32,000 bases of DNA from Alkalilimnicola ehrlichii MLHE-1 (GCF_000014785.1 NC_008340.1:2340001-2372000), one strand, 5' to 3'; counted from the first letter of the stretch, positions 1 to 8,412 are shown. The notes: generated from the letters alone by a model not told the origin. Translations and numbers: made by a program.

Positions 1-65
1 CGTTCAGCGGACCGGGGCGTCCGCAGCGACCCGCCCCTTTTAGGCCGCCAGCCCGGGCAGGTCAA

Positions 66-95
66 CCGGTTGCCGGCTTCACACGCCGGCACCGG
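66..95. other. Bulged hairpin upstream of the first gene
   Basis: ccgg-t-tgccggc / ttcacac / gccggca-ccgg: 11 base pairs with a one-nt bulge and 7-nt loop. No T-tract follows. Confidence 0.5.
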
Positions 96-132
96 ACGGG
101 CACACTGAGCAGACCAACCAGGGGGGACGCCC

Positions 133-222
133 ATGTCCGACACCAGCCCGATTGCCACCCTCACCGCCGGCCTCTCGACCCTCACGCCCGCGATGGGCAC
201 GCGCCTCGGTGTCATGGCCTGA
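133..222 (+). CDS. Possible 29-aa leader or small protein (MSDTSPIATLTAGLSTLTPAMGTRLGVMA)
   Basis: ATG preceded by a purine-rich AGGGGGG ribosome-binding-like sequence. Stop is 18 nt before the next ATG. No homology known to me. Confidence 0.25.
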   Translation: MSDTSPIATLTAGLSTLTPAMGTRLGVMA

Positions 223-240
223 CGCGGGGCGGTCACCACC

Positions 241-1614
241 ATGGCAGCAGCGCCCAGCCCCCGTCGCCCGACCCTGAGGGCTCGCCTGCCGGGCGGCCCC
301 CTGGCGATCTGGGGCGCCATCCTGTTCCTGGGGGTGATCGCCCTCGCCGTCACCTGGCAATTCGTGGAGCCGGCCCCGCCGCGGCAGGTGACCCTGGCCA
401 CAGGGGCCCCCGGCGGTGCCTACGAACAGATCGGCGCCGGCTACGCCGAGTGGTTCGCCGACAAGGGGATCACCCTGGAGACGGTCGCCACCCAGGGGGC
501 CACGGAGAACTGGCAGCGGCTGCTGGCCGGCGAGGTGGACGCCGCCATCGTGCAGGGCGGCACCGCCCCGGCCGGGGCCGGCGACCAGCTCGAGGGGCTG
601 GTGAGTGTCGCCTACGAGCCGCTGTTCGTCTTCTACCGGGAGGACGCGCTGAATGCCGCCCACCTGCTGGGCGGCGACCCACCGGTGCCACAGCGACTGG
701 AGACCCTTTCCGGGCTGCGCATCGCCATTGGCTCCGAGGGCAGCGGCACCCGGACCCTGGTCCGGACCCTGCTCGATGAGCTGGGTCTGGCCACGGACGA
801 TGCAACCGACACCGCGTTGGTGGCTATCGGCGGCGAGGCCGCTGCGCGGGGATTGCTGGAGGGCAAACTGGGTGCGGCCGCCTTCGTCATGTCACCCACC
901 GCCCCGCTGGTACAGCGCCTGCTGGCCGCCGAAGGCATCGGGGTGCTCAATCAGGCCCAGGCCCCCACCTTCACCCAGCGGCTGCCCTACCTGGCCACCG
1001 TCACCCTGCACGAGGGGGTGGTGGACCCGCGCCGCAACCTGCCCCCGCACCGGGTTCAGATGCTGGCGCCGGCCACCTACCTGGTCACCCGCAAGGACAC
1101 CCACCGCGCCATCGCACAGCTGCTGGTGGAGGCGGAGCAGCGCAGCCGCCGCATACACCTGGTGGGCAACGGGGATCAATTCCCGTCGCTGGCCCACATG
1201 GACATCCCGGTCTCCGACCAGGCCCGCTACTTCTTCCAGCGCGGCCCCGGGTTTCTGCACCGCCACCTGCCCTTCTGGGCCGCCTCGCTGGTGGATCGCC
1301 TGGCCATTCTCATCATCCCGCTGCTGACCATCATCATCCCCTTGGTGCGCATCGCCCCGGCGGCGGTGACCTGGAGCATGCGCCGGCGGATCTTCCGTTG
1401 GTACCGCCAGTTGCGGGTGATCGACGAGGAGCTGGGCCGGCCACAGCTGCCCGTCGCCCGGCTGGAGAGCAACCTGGCCCAGTTGAAGCAACTGGACCAC
1501 GACGTGTCCGGGACGGAGGTGCCGCTGTCCTACATGGAAGAGTTTTATAACCTGCGGCTGCACATCGCCTACATGCGCCAGCGGGTCCGCGAGCGCCTCG
1601 GCAACAGCGTCTGA
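241..1614 (+). CDS. TAXI-family TRAP solute-binding-like protein with N- and C-terminal membrane segments
   Basis: 457 aa. TAXI-like features (VTLATGAPGGAYEQIGAGYAEWF, IAIGSEGSGTRTLVRTLL, RIHLVGNGDQFPS), an N-terminal TM, and a late hydrophobic segment (LAILIIPLLTIIIPLVRI) followed by a basic/coiled tail. Confidence 0.85.
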   Translation: MAAAPSPRRPTLRARLPGGPLAIWGAILFLGVIALAVTWQFVEPAPPRQVTLATGAPGGAYEQIGAGYAEWFADKGITLETVATQGATENWQRLLAGEVDAAIVQGGTAPAGAGDQLEGLVSVAYEPLFVFYREDALNAAHLLGGDPPVPQRLETLSGLRIAIGSEGSGTRTLVRTLLDELGLATDDATDTALVAIGGEAAARGLLEGKLGAAAFVMSPTAPLVQRLLAAEGIGVLNQAQAPTFTQRLPYLATVTLHEGVVDPRRNLPPHRVQMLAPATYLVTRKDTHRAIAQLLVEAEQRSRRIHLVGNGDQFPSLAHMDIPVSDQARYFFQRGPGFLHRHLPFWAASLVDRLAILIIPLLTIIIPLVRIAPAAVTWSMRRRIFRWYRQLRVIDEELGRPQLPVARLESNLAQLKQLDHDVSGTEVPLSYMEEFYNLRLHIAYMRQRVRERLGNSV

Positions 1615-1615
1615 A

Positions 1616-2341
1616 TCACATTCGGTCCACATCCGCAGGGCGGAGCCCCACCACCTCGGCCAGACCCGGCTCGGCTTCCCAATGGATATCCAGGTCGTAG
1701 AGGCGTACTGCGTAGCGGCGTCGGGTGTCGCGCTGATAGGCCGGGCGCGGGTCGGCGGCCAGTACCGCCTCGATCAACGCCACCAGCCCTGGGTGGCGGC
1801 GTTCGGCCATCTCCGCCTCGCTGCGCGCCGTCGCCAGCCAGCGCACCGACAGGGCCGGCTGGGGGGCCCTGCCGGCAAAGCCGCCGGTGGCGTCCGGACA
1901 GGCATCGCAATAGGGCACATAGGGCTTCACGTCGAGCAGCGGGGTGCCGTCCAGCAGATCGGGCCCCCGTACCTGAATTGAGGCGCGCGCCCCGGACAGG
2001 TCCACCGCCGCCAGTCGCACCAGACTGAGCCCCACCGGATTCGGCCGATAGGGGGCGCGGGTGGCGAACACCCCGAGGCGACGGTTGCCGCCCAAGCGCG
2101 GTGGGCGCACGGTGAGCCCGCCGCGGCCCTTGCCGGCGTGGAACCAGGTCAGCAACCAGAGATGGCTGAAGGCCTCGATGCCCTGCCAGGCCTCGGCCCG
2201 GTCGTAGGGGGGATCGAGTTCGAGATACCCGGGGATGGCGTCCAGCAGCGTGCCCTGGCGGGGAATCCCGAAGCGCTGGGTGAAGGGGGTACGCACCCGG
2301 CCGATGGGTGACAGGGGGCTCTCCGTGCATGGCTCAGTCAT
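1616..2341 (-). CDS. trmO: tRNA (N6-threonylcarbamoyladenosine(37)-N6)-methyltransferase TrmO/TsaA family
   Basis: IGRVRTPFTQRFGIPRQ, ATRAPYRPNPVGLSLVRL and LLDVKPYVPYCD are TsaA/TrmO signature regions. Start chosen at MTEPCTE. Confidence 0.9.
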   Translation of the reverse strand: MTEPCTESPLSPIGRVRTPFTQRFGIPRQGTLLDAIPGYLELDPPYDRAEAWQGIEAFSHLWLLTWFHAGKGRGGLTVRPPRLGGNRRLGVFATRAPYRPNPVGLSLVRLAAVDLSGARASIQVRGPDLLDGTPLLDVKPYVPYCDACPDATGGFAGRAPQPALSVRWLATARSEAEMAERRHPGLVALIEAVLAADPRPAYQRDTRRRYAVRLYDLDIHWEAEPGLAEVVGLRPADVDRM

Positions 2342-4088
2342 CCGCGAGCCCTTGGATGCGCACCCAGTCCTGAACCGCTTCACGGGGCAGCGGCCGGGAG
2401 AAATAGTAGCCCTGCAGGCCCTGCACCCCCTCGCGCTCCAACCAGACCCGCTGGGCGTTGGTCTCCACCCCTTCGGCCACGACGTCGATACCCAGGGCGC
2501 GCGCCATCGCCAGGATGGCGCGGATCAGGGCCTCGGCCTGGGGGCTGCGCCCGACCTCCGCGATGAAGCCGGCATCGATCTTGAGCACATCCACCGGCAG
2601 GCTGTGCAACTGGGAGAGCGAGGCGTACCCACTGCCGAAGTCATCGAGCAGGATCAGGGCCCCCGCCGCCTGCAGCGCCTGGACCATCTCCCGGGCCCCC
2701 GACAGATTGCGTACCAGCGCCGTCTCGGTGATCTCGAAGCAGAGGGCATTCATGGGCACGCCGTGGGCCTGGCAGACCCTATCCATCCGCCCCACCAGGC
2801 ACGGATCGAGGAACTGATCCGCGGAAAGGTTGACCGTCACCGGCAGCCTCATGCCCTCCTGGCGCATCGCCGCCACCTCGGCGCAGATCCGCGCGAAGAT
2901 GGCCTCCCCCAGCGGCAGTATCATGTGGTGTTCCTCGGCCGCCCGGACCAGGGTGCCGGTGTCTAGGGTCTGCTGGTCGTGGCCCTGGACCCGGAGGAGG
3001 GCCTCCAGCGCCCAGGGCCGGGGCCGGCCGTCGCGCAGGCGCAGGATCGGCTGGTAGTTCATGGTGAGATAACGACCAGGGGCGTCGATGGTGCGCCAGA
3101 GTAGCCCCTTCCAGTGATCCTCCTCCAACAAGTGGTGCTCATGCTCGTAGTCAAAGGCCGCCCAGCCATTGCGGCCGCGGTCCTTGGCTTGAAACATCGC
3201 CAGATCGGCCCGCCGGATCAGGTCCTCCACCGTTTCCCCGTCCTTGGGGTAGAAGGCCACACCCACCGAGGCGGTGAGCCGGTGGCTGCGCGCGCCCACG
3301 GTAAAGGGCCGGCTCAGCGAGCGGATCAGCGCCCGCGCCACCCGGCTGGCACCGCCACGACCGCGCAACCGGCCCAGGACCACCACAAACTCGTCGCCAC
3401 CGATGCGAGAGACCATGTCCACATCGCGCACGCAGGCGAGGATACGCCGGGTGGCCTCTTTGAGCACCTGGTCCCCCTCACTGTGGCCGAACCGGTCGTT
3501 AACGGCCTTGAAGTGATCCAGATCCAGCACCAGCACCGCGATCTGATGCCCGTCGTTATCCCCCGCCCGCTGCAACTGGTTGTCGAGAAACCGTTCAAAA
3601 AACCATCGGTTGGGGAGCCCTGTCAGGGCATCGTAGTGGGCCAGGCGCTCCAGCGCGGTGCGCTGCTCCCGGACTTCACGGGCCAGCCGCGCCACCTCCT
3701 TGTCATCCCCGGTACCGGGCGGCACATGCTCCAGGGCACAGAGCAGTCGCCCGGCGCCCACATGGCGCACCGACAGATCCACACGGCAGCCCGCGGCAAG
3801 CTGCAGGCCGCAGTACCGGCGCACGCCCGCCTCCGGACGCTGGTTCGCCAGCGCACGCTGCAGACGTACGGCGTCCCCGTCCACCATCAATTGCCAGAAT
3901 GGCCGCTGCCGGAGGGGCTCCGCCGAGGCCTCGAGAAAGGCCCGGGCCTGCTCGTTCAGGGCATGGATGGTGCCCCCTTCATCGAGGATCAATTGCGCCA
4001 CCGGGGCCAGTCGGAAGGCCGGTTGGTCGGCCATCGGCGCCCCAGGCTCGGGGTCCGGCGACGATTCGGGGTTGGGTCGTTGCTCCAT
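2334..4088 (-). CDS. GGDEF/EAL dual-domain cyclic di-GMP protein with N-terminal PAS-like region
   Basis: RDVD I-site followed by SRIGGDEF. EAL-domain motifs EALLR, NLSADQF, EITETAL, LDDFGSGYASL, DVLKIDAGF and VAEGVE are present. Confidence 0.93.
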   Translation of the reverse strand: MEQRPNPESSPDPEPGAPMADQPAFRLAPVAQLILDEGGTIHALNEQARAFLEASAEPLRQRPFWQLMVDGDAVRLQRALANQRPEAGVRRYCGLQLAAGCRVDLSVRHVGAGRLLCALEHVPPGTGDDKEVARLAREVREQRTALERLAHYDALTGLPNRWFFERFLDNQLQRAGDNDGHQIAVLVLDLDHFKAVNDRFGHSEGDQVLKEATRRILACVRDVDMVSRIGGDEFVVVLGRLRGRGGASRVARALIRSLSRPFTVGARSHRLTASVGVAFYPKDGETVEDLIRRADLAMFQAKDRGRNGWAAFDYEHEHHLLEEDHWKGLLWRTIDAPGRYLTMNYQPILRLRDGRPRPWALEALLRVQGHDQQTLDTGTLVRAAEEHHMILPLGEAIFARICAEVAAMRQEGMRLPVTVNLSADQFLDPCLVGRMDRVCQAHGVPMNALCFEITETALVRNLSGAREMVQALQAAGALILLDDFGSGYASLSQLHSLPVDVLKIDAGFIAEVGRSPQAEALIRAILAMARALGIDVVAEGVETNAQRVWLEREGVQGLQGYYFSRPLPREAVQDWVRIQGLADD

Positions 4089-4198
4089 CTCCGCTCCTTG
4101 GAACTAAAGGCTGTAAAGGCCACCGCGACGGGCGTACAAGCAGCTTACGACCTGGCCAACGCGGTGGCCAGGGACAGTGGCATCAGGCCGGCGTGGGA

Positions 4199-4840
4199 TC
4201 AGTCAAAGAGGGAGGCATAGGCCCGTGCCGCGGCCTCCACGTCAGGGGCCGAGAAGACGTCGGTGATCACGGCCAGGGCATCGGCCCCCGCCGCCACCAC
4301 CGGCGCGGCGTTGCGGGCCGTAATACCGCCGATGGCCACCACTGGAACACGTAACCGGGGCCGGATCCGCCGCAGCATCTCCGGGGTGGCCCGCACCGCT
4401 CCGGGCTTGGTCGGCGACGGGAAGAAGGCACCGAAGGCCACGTAGTCGGCCCCCTCGGCCTGCAGGTGCCGGGCGCGTTCCGGGTCATTGTAGCTGGAGG
4501 CCCCCACCAGGCGCTCCGGCCCAACCACGGCGCGGGCATCGGCGACCGCGCTGTCCCCCCGGCCAACGTGCACCCCATCCGCCCCGACCGCCGCCGCCAG
4601 CGCCGCGTCGTCGTTGACGATGAAGAGCACGCCATGGCGCCGGCAGAGTTCGGCCAGGGCCCCGGCCTCTTCCCGCCGGCGGGCGGCGTCAGCGCCCTTG
4701 TCCCGATACTGCACCATCGCCGCGCCACCGCGAATCGCCTGCAGCACGCGCCCGGGGAGCGCCCCGGGGGGTTGCAGGCCGGGGTCGGTGATCACGTAAA
4801 GCCCCCGGACCCGGCGGCGTCGCTCCTCGCGCTGCGGCAT
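4199..4840 (-). CDS. thiE: Thiamine-phosphate synthase
   Basis: GLYVITD, MVQYRDKG, VNDDAALAAAVGADGVHVGRGD, GAFFPSPTKPGA and VVAIGGIT motifs. Confidence 0.92.
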   Translation of the reverse strand: MPQREERRRRVRGLYVITDPGLQPPGALPGRVLQAIRGGAAMVQYRDKGADAARRREEAGALAELCRRHGVLFIVNDDAALAAAVGADGVHVGRGDSAVADARAVVGPERLVGASSYNDPERARHLQAEGADYVAFGAFFPSPTKPGAVRATPEMLRRIRPRLRVPVVAIGGITARNAAPVVAAGADALAVITDVFSAPDVEAAARAYASLFD

Positions 4841-4956
4841 CGCGTTTACCTGAGCATTGTTCGAGGTTAAAGTTGCAGTCGGTGGCGGATGCGCCCAACG
4901 GCCTGGCGGATCCGCATTGGTACAACGTTCTCCGACTGACTGTAAAGGGTTGACTG

Positions 4957-5127
4957 ATGGAATACCGCTCCTGGATGTGTGTGGTCTGCGGCTGGATCTA
5001 CGACGAGGAGGAGGGATTGCCCGAGGAAGGCATCAAGCCGGGCACCCGTTGGGAGGATATCCCTGATGACTTCCGTTGCCCCGAGTGCGACGCCGCCAAG
5101 TCCGATTTCGAGATGATCGAGGTGTGA
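4957..5127 (+). CDS. Rubredoxin
   Basis: Direct translation gives [56 protein letters not shown] (56 aa), with paired CxxCG and CPxC iron ligands. Too short for the supplied ORF track. Confidence 0.96.
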   Translation: MEYRSWMCVVCGWIYDEEEGLPEEGIKPGTRWEDIPDDFRCPECDAAKSDFEMIEV

Positions 5128-5141
5128 GCCGCCGGGCCGCG

Positions 5142-5159
5142 GGCCGCCGGCAGGCGGCC
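5142..5159. terminator. Hairpin between convergent rubredoxin and MFS genes
   Basis: Perfect 7-bp stem ggccgcc / ggca / ggcggcc in a convergent intergenic gap. No clear T-tract. Confidence 0.4.
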
Positions 5160-5167
5160 ACGGCCGC

Positions 5168-6493
5168 TCAACCACCCCCCGCCTCAGCCGCACGCCGGCC
5201 CCGCTGCTCGTCCACCGGCCAACTGACCAGGAAGGCCCCGATAAACAGCAGCGCACAGAAGAGAATGGCCAGGTGCAGGCCCACCCAGGCCTGGAGCAGC
5301 CCCATCAGGAGCAGACTGAACGCCCCGGCCAGTTTCAGGGACAACCCCCAGAAGCCAAAGAACTCGGCGGCATGCCCCTGCGGCGCGAAGGCCCCGACCA
5401 GGGCACGGGTGGTGGACTGGCACGCGCCCAGGGCCGAACCGGCCAGCGTGCCCACCACCAGAAAGACGTACTGCGCCTGCCACTCCACGCCGAACAGCGC
5501 CCGTGCCGCCGCGGCCACCTGCGGCGTCGCGTAAATGCAGACCACCGCCAGCACCCACAGCGTCACCGTCACCCGGTAGGTCCGCAACCCACCCAGCCGG
5601 GTCTGAAGCAACCCGAAACCCACCGCCCCGACCGCCGCGCTGATCTGCACAATGATGAACATCAGCGTGCGTACCCCCTGATCCCAACCGATCACCTGGG
5701 CGCCGTAGATGAACGAGAAGGCGATAATGATGTACATCCCGCTCATGGCCAGGAAGGTGGAGAGCAGGAAGACCGCCAGGTCACGGTAGCCGCGCAGATT
5801 GCCGAGCGTGGCCCCGACCCGGGCAAGCCCCAGCCGGAAATACCCCTGTCCTGCCGGCAGCGGGCGCGGCCGGCCGCGTTCACGCAGAAAGAGGAAGGTG
5901 GGGATCGCCGCCACCAGGAAAAAGCCCGCCGCCCACGGGCCCACCCAGCGGATGCGGTCAAAATTCTCGGCACTCACCTCGCCCAGCACCAGCAGCACAA
6001 AGACGGCCGAGACCATCCCGCCCACATAGCCCAGCGCCCAACCGATGCCGGAAATGGCGCCCAGTTTGTCCGGCGGCCCGAGATCGGGCAGGAAACTGGC
6101 GATAAAGGCCTCGCCGATGGAATAGGCGAAGTTGGAGATAATGATCAGCAGCACCCCGAGCATGGCGTAGCCCGGCGCCACGAAGTAGAGTGCGGCGGTG
6201 GCCACCACGGTGAGCAGATAACTGCCGAACAGGAACTGCTTGCGCCGCGCGGTGTAGTCCATCACCGCCCCCGCCACCGGCGAGCAGACCACCACCAGCA
6301 GATAGCTGGTCGCCAGCGCCAGGCTCCAGAGCAGATTCCCCAGCCGGTAATCGGGCCCGTCCCCCACGATCACGCGGGTGAACAGATCCCCGAACACCAC
6401 GGTGATGATGAGCAACGTATAGGCCTGGTTGGCGAAATCGAACATCGCCCAACCAAAGATCTCCCGCTTGGGTGCCACCGCCCTCTCAGTCAT
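5168..6493 (-). CDS. MFS transporter, UMF1 family
   Basis: About 12 TM segments. The N-terminus REIFGWAMFDFANQAYTLLIITVVF is typical of the UMF1 family. Start chosen at MTERAVAPKRE. Confidence 0.85.
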   Translation of the reverse strand: MTERAVAPKREIFGWAMFDFANQAYTLLIITVVFGDLFTRVIVGDGPDYRLGNLLWSLALATSYLLVVVCSPVAGAVMDYTARRKQFLFGSYLLTVVATAALYFVAPGYAMLGVLLIIISNFAYSIGEAFIASFLPDLGPPDKLGAISGIGWALGYVGGMVSAVFVLLVLGEVSAENFDRIRWVGPWAAGFFLVAAIPTFLFLRERGRPRPLPAGQGYFRLGLARVGATLGNLRGYRDLAVFLLSTFLAMSGMYIIIAFSFIYGAQVIGWDQGVRTLMFIIVQISAAVGAVGFGLLQTRLGGLRTYRVTVTLWVLAVVCIYATPQVAAAARALFGVEWQAQYVFLVVGTLAGSALGACQSTTRALVGAFAPQGHAAEFFGFWGLSLKLAGAFSLLLMGLLQAWVGLHLAILFCALLFIGAFLVSWPVDEQRGRRAAEAGGG

Positions 6494-6586
6494 CCATCGC
6501 TCCCCATCCTGCCCATGGCAACCGCACGAGACCGACCGACCACACGCCACAGCCCCTCACCTGCCCTGCCCCCACCACGCCGGGGT

Positions 6587-6617
6587 ATGGATCGCCGCGT
6601 CGCTCCTCGCGATGACG
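6587..6617. repeat. Half-unit of a REP-like repeat
   Basis: tggatcgccgcgtcgctcctcgcgatgac matches the right arm of the 6635-6712 element except for a 5-nt deletion (tacgc). Confidence 0.65.
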
Positions 6618-6634
6618 GGGGTGGCGCCCCCACC

Positions 6635-6712
6635 GTCACTGCGAGCCCCGAAGGGGCGCGGCAGTCCAGGCCTGCGTCTGGATCGCCGCGTCGCTACGCT
6701 CCTCGCGATGAC
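6635..6712. repeat. REP/MITE-like imperfect inverted repeat
   Basis: Two 34-nt arms (6635-6668 and 6679-6712) match at 24 of 34 positions when one is reverse complemented. The spacer is 10 nt. Arms resemble the widespread GTCATTGCGAG...GCGGCAATCCA type. Confidence 0.75.
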
Positions 6713-6736
6713 CGGGTGGCGCCCCCCGGTCCCACA

Positions 6737-6757
6737 CCCACCGAAGTCGCACACCTC
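6737..6757 (+). repeat. 21-bp direct repeat, copy 1
   Basis: cccaccgaagtcgcacacctc, identical to 6892-6912. Confidence 0.9.
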
Positions 6758-6769
6758 GAAACCGCCTCA

Positions 6770-6891
6770 AAACTGCCGGCTGGGCGGGGTTGCCGCCAGG
6801 GGGCGTCGGCAGCCAGGGATGGCTGCCGACGAGCTTACAGGGACGTACTTGCAGCGTCCCCCTGGCGGCAACCCCGCCCAGCCGGCAGTTT
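6770..6891. repeat. Palindromic element with 34-bp perfect inverted repeats and nested hairpin
   Basis: Left arm 6770-6803 (aaactgccggctgggcggggttgccgccaggggg) is the exact reverse complement of 6858-6891. The nested stem is cgtcggcagcca/ggga/tggctgccgacg (6804-6831). Confidence 0.9.
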
Positions 6892-6912
6892 CCCACCGAA
6901 GTCGCACACCTC
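6892..6912 (+). repeat. 21-bp direct repeat, copy 2
   Basis: cccaccgaagtcgcacacctc, directly abutting the right arm of the palindromic element. Confidence 0.9.
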
Positions 6913-6915
6913 ACC

Positions 6916-6981
6916 AACCCCAACCCCAACCCCAACCCCAACCCCAACCCCAGCCCTAGCCCTAGCCCTAGCCCTAGCCCA
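6916..6981. repeat. Telomere-like hexanucleotide array
   Basis: AACCCC x6 (6916-6951), then AGCCCT x4 (6952-6975) and AGCCCA (6976-6981). The minus strand is a series of closely spaced G-runs of 3-4. Confidence 0.95.
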
Positions 6982-7045
6982 ACTCACCCCACCACACCGG
7001 ACAAAGACGAGAAAAGCAAGCCGATTTCCGGTAACCTACGCGCCC

Positions 7046-8362
7046 ATGAAAAACGAACATCTCTCCAACACCCGCTTTGACACCCTGGGCCTGCACGATG
7101 CCCTGATGGACGGCATCAAGCGTGCAGGCTTCGAGTACTGCACGCCCATACAGGCCGCCACCCTCCCCAAGGCGCTGGAAGGGCGCGACATCGCCGGCCA
7201 GGCCCAGACCGGCACCGGCAAATCCGCCGCCTTCCTGCTCGCCGCAATGCACCGGCTGATGACCGTACCGGTGGAGGAAGGCAAGGAAGGCCCCTGGACC
7301 CTCATCCTGGCCCCCACCCGGGAACTGGCCCTGCAGATTCACCGCGACGCCCTGCAACTGGGCCGCTACACCGGCCTCAAATGCGCCGCCATCTACGGCG
7401 GCACCGGCTACGAGGCCCAGCGCCAGCAACTGCAGGAAGGCGTGGACATCATTATCGGCACCCCGGGCCGGGTCATCGACTTCTTCAAACAGCGGATTTT
7501 CCACCTCAAGCACATCGAAGTGGTGATCCTCGACGAGGCCGACCGCATGTTCGACCTCGGCTTCATCGCCGACATCCGCTACCTCATGCGACGCATGCCC
7601 GAGCCGTCCAAACGGATGAACATGCTCTTCTCCGCCACCCTCTCCCACCGGGTGATGGAACTGGCCTACGAGCACCTCAACGACCCCGAGGTGGTCCGCA
7701 TCGAATCCGAGCAGATCACCGCCGACAAGGTCCGCCAGAAGCTCTACCACGTCTCCAAGGACGAAAAGATCCCCCTCCTGCTCGGCCTCATCCGCCAGGA
7801 GGAGGCGATGAACCGCAGCATCATCTTCGTCAACACCAAGCGGGCCGCCGACCGGGTCACCGGCTACCTGCTGGGCAACGACATCGAGGCCGCGGTCATC
7901 TCCGGCGACATCCCGCAGAAAAAGCGCGAATCCCTGCTCAAGCGCTTCCAGGACGGCGAACTGCGCTTCCTGGTGGCCACCGATGTGGCCGCCCGTGGGC
8001 TGCACATTGAAGACGTCTCCCACGTCATCAACTACGATCTGCCCCAGGATCCCGAGGACTACGTGCACCGGATCGGCCGCACCGCCCGGGCCGGGGCCAG
8101 CGGCGACGCGATCTCCTTCGCCTGCGAGGAGTACGTCTTCTCACTGCCGGACATCGAAAGCTTCATCGAGCAGCGGATCCCCGCCGAGATGCCCTCGCCC
8201 GAGATGATGGTCGAGCCCAAGCCCCCCAAGCGCATCCAGCGCAGCCGCCCCGGTGGCAAGGGCGGCCGGGGACGCCCCGGCGGGGCGGGCAATCGCCGTC
8301 GAAGCGGCAACGACCGCCGGGGTGGCAACAACGGCTCCAACGGAAGCGGCGGCAACAACTAG
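7046..8362 (+). CDS. rhlB: DEAD-box ATP-dependent RNA helicase, RhlB-like
   Basis: FEYCTPIQAATLP, AQTGTGKSAAF, PTRELALQ, DEAD (VVILDEADRMFDLGF), SATL and HRIGRTARAG motifs, with a basic Gly/Arg-rich C-terminus. N-terminus resembles RhlB. Confidence 0.9.
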   Translation: MKNEHLSNTRFDTLGLHDALMDGIKRAGFEYCTPIQAATLPKALEGRDIAGQAQTGTGKSAAFLLAAMHRLMTVPVEEGKEGPWTLILAPTRELALQIHRDALQLGRYTGLKCAAIYGGTGYEAQRQQLQEGVDIIIGTPGRVIDFFKQRIFHLKHIEVVILDEADRMFDLGFIADIRYLMRRMPEPSKRMNMLFSATLSHRVMELAYEHLNDPEVVRIESEQITADKVRQKLYHVSKDEKIPLLLGLIRQEEAMNRSIIFVNTKRAADRVTGYLLGNDIEAAVISGDIPQKKRESLLKRFQDGELRFLVATDVAARGLHIEDVSHVINYDLPQDPEDYVHRIGRTARAGASGDAISFACEEYVFSLPDIESFIEQRIPAEMPSPEMMVEPKPPKRIQRSRPGGKGGRGRPGGAGNRRRSGNDRRGGNNGSNGSGGNN

Positions 8363-8412
8363 CCCGTTGCGCGGGCCCGGCACCTGACCGGGCACGCCGC
8401 CGCGACGACCCG

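Noticed and set aside
3114-4220. 368-aa plus-strand ORF, including a protein-like tail (AVKATATGVQAAYDLANAVARDSGIRPAWDQ)
   Set aside because: Almost all of it is antisense to the GGDEF/EAL gene. The tail spans the intergenic gap and looked possibly like a gene remnant, but I could not assign it to any family.
6429-6959. ORFs with (PQ)n, (NP)n(SP)n and (GL)n peptides around the hexamer array
   Set aside because: The dipeptide repeats are a direct result of translating the 6-nt array in different frames. There is no independent evidence of coding.
6556-6981. Possible CRISPR or retron-like structure in the repeat-rich intergenic region
   Set aside because: Repeats are not regularly spaced with unique spacers. 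There are no cas genes, reverse transcriptase or msr/msd-like arrangement nearby. It is better described as stacked interspersed repeats plus a microsatellite.
5273-8362. 1029-aa plus-strand ORF
   Set aside because: Only the part from 7046 encodes a recognisable protein (RhlB-like). The rest is antisense to the MFS gene and reads through the repeat region, giving TPTPTPTP-like peptide.
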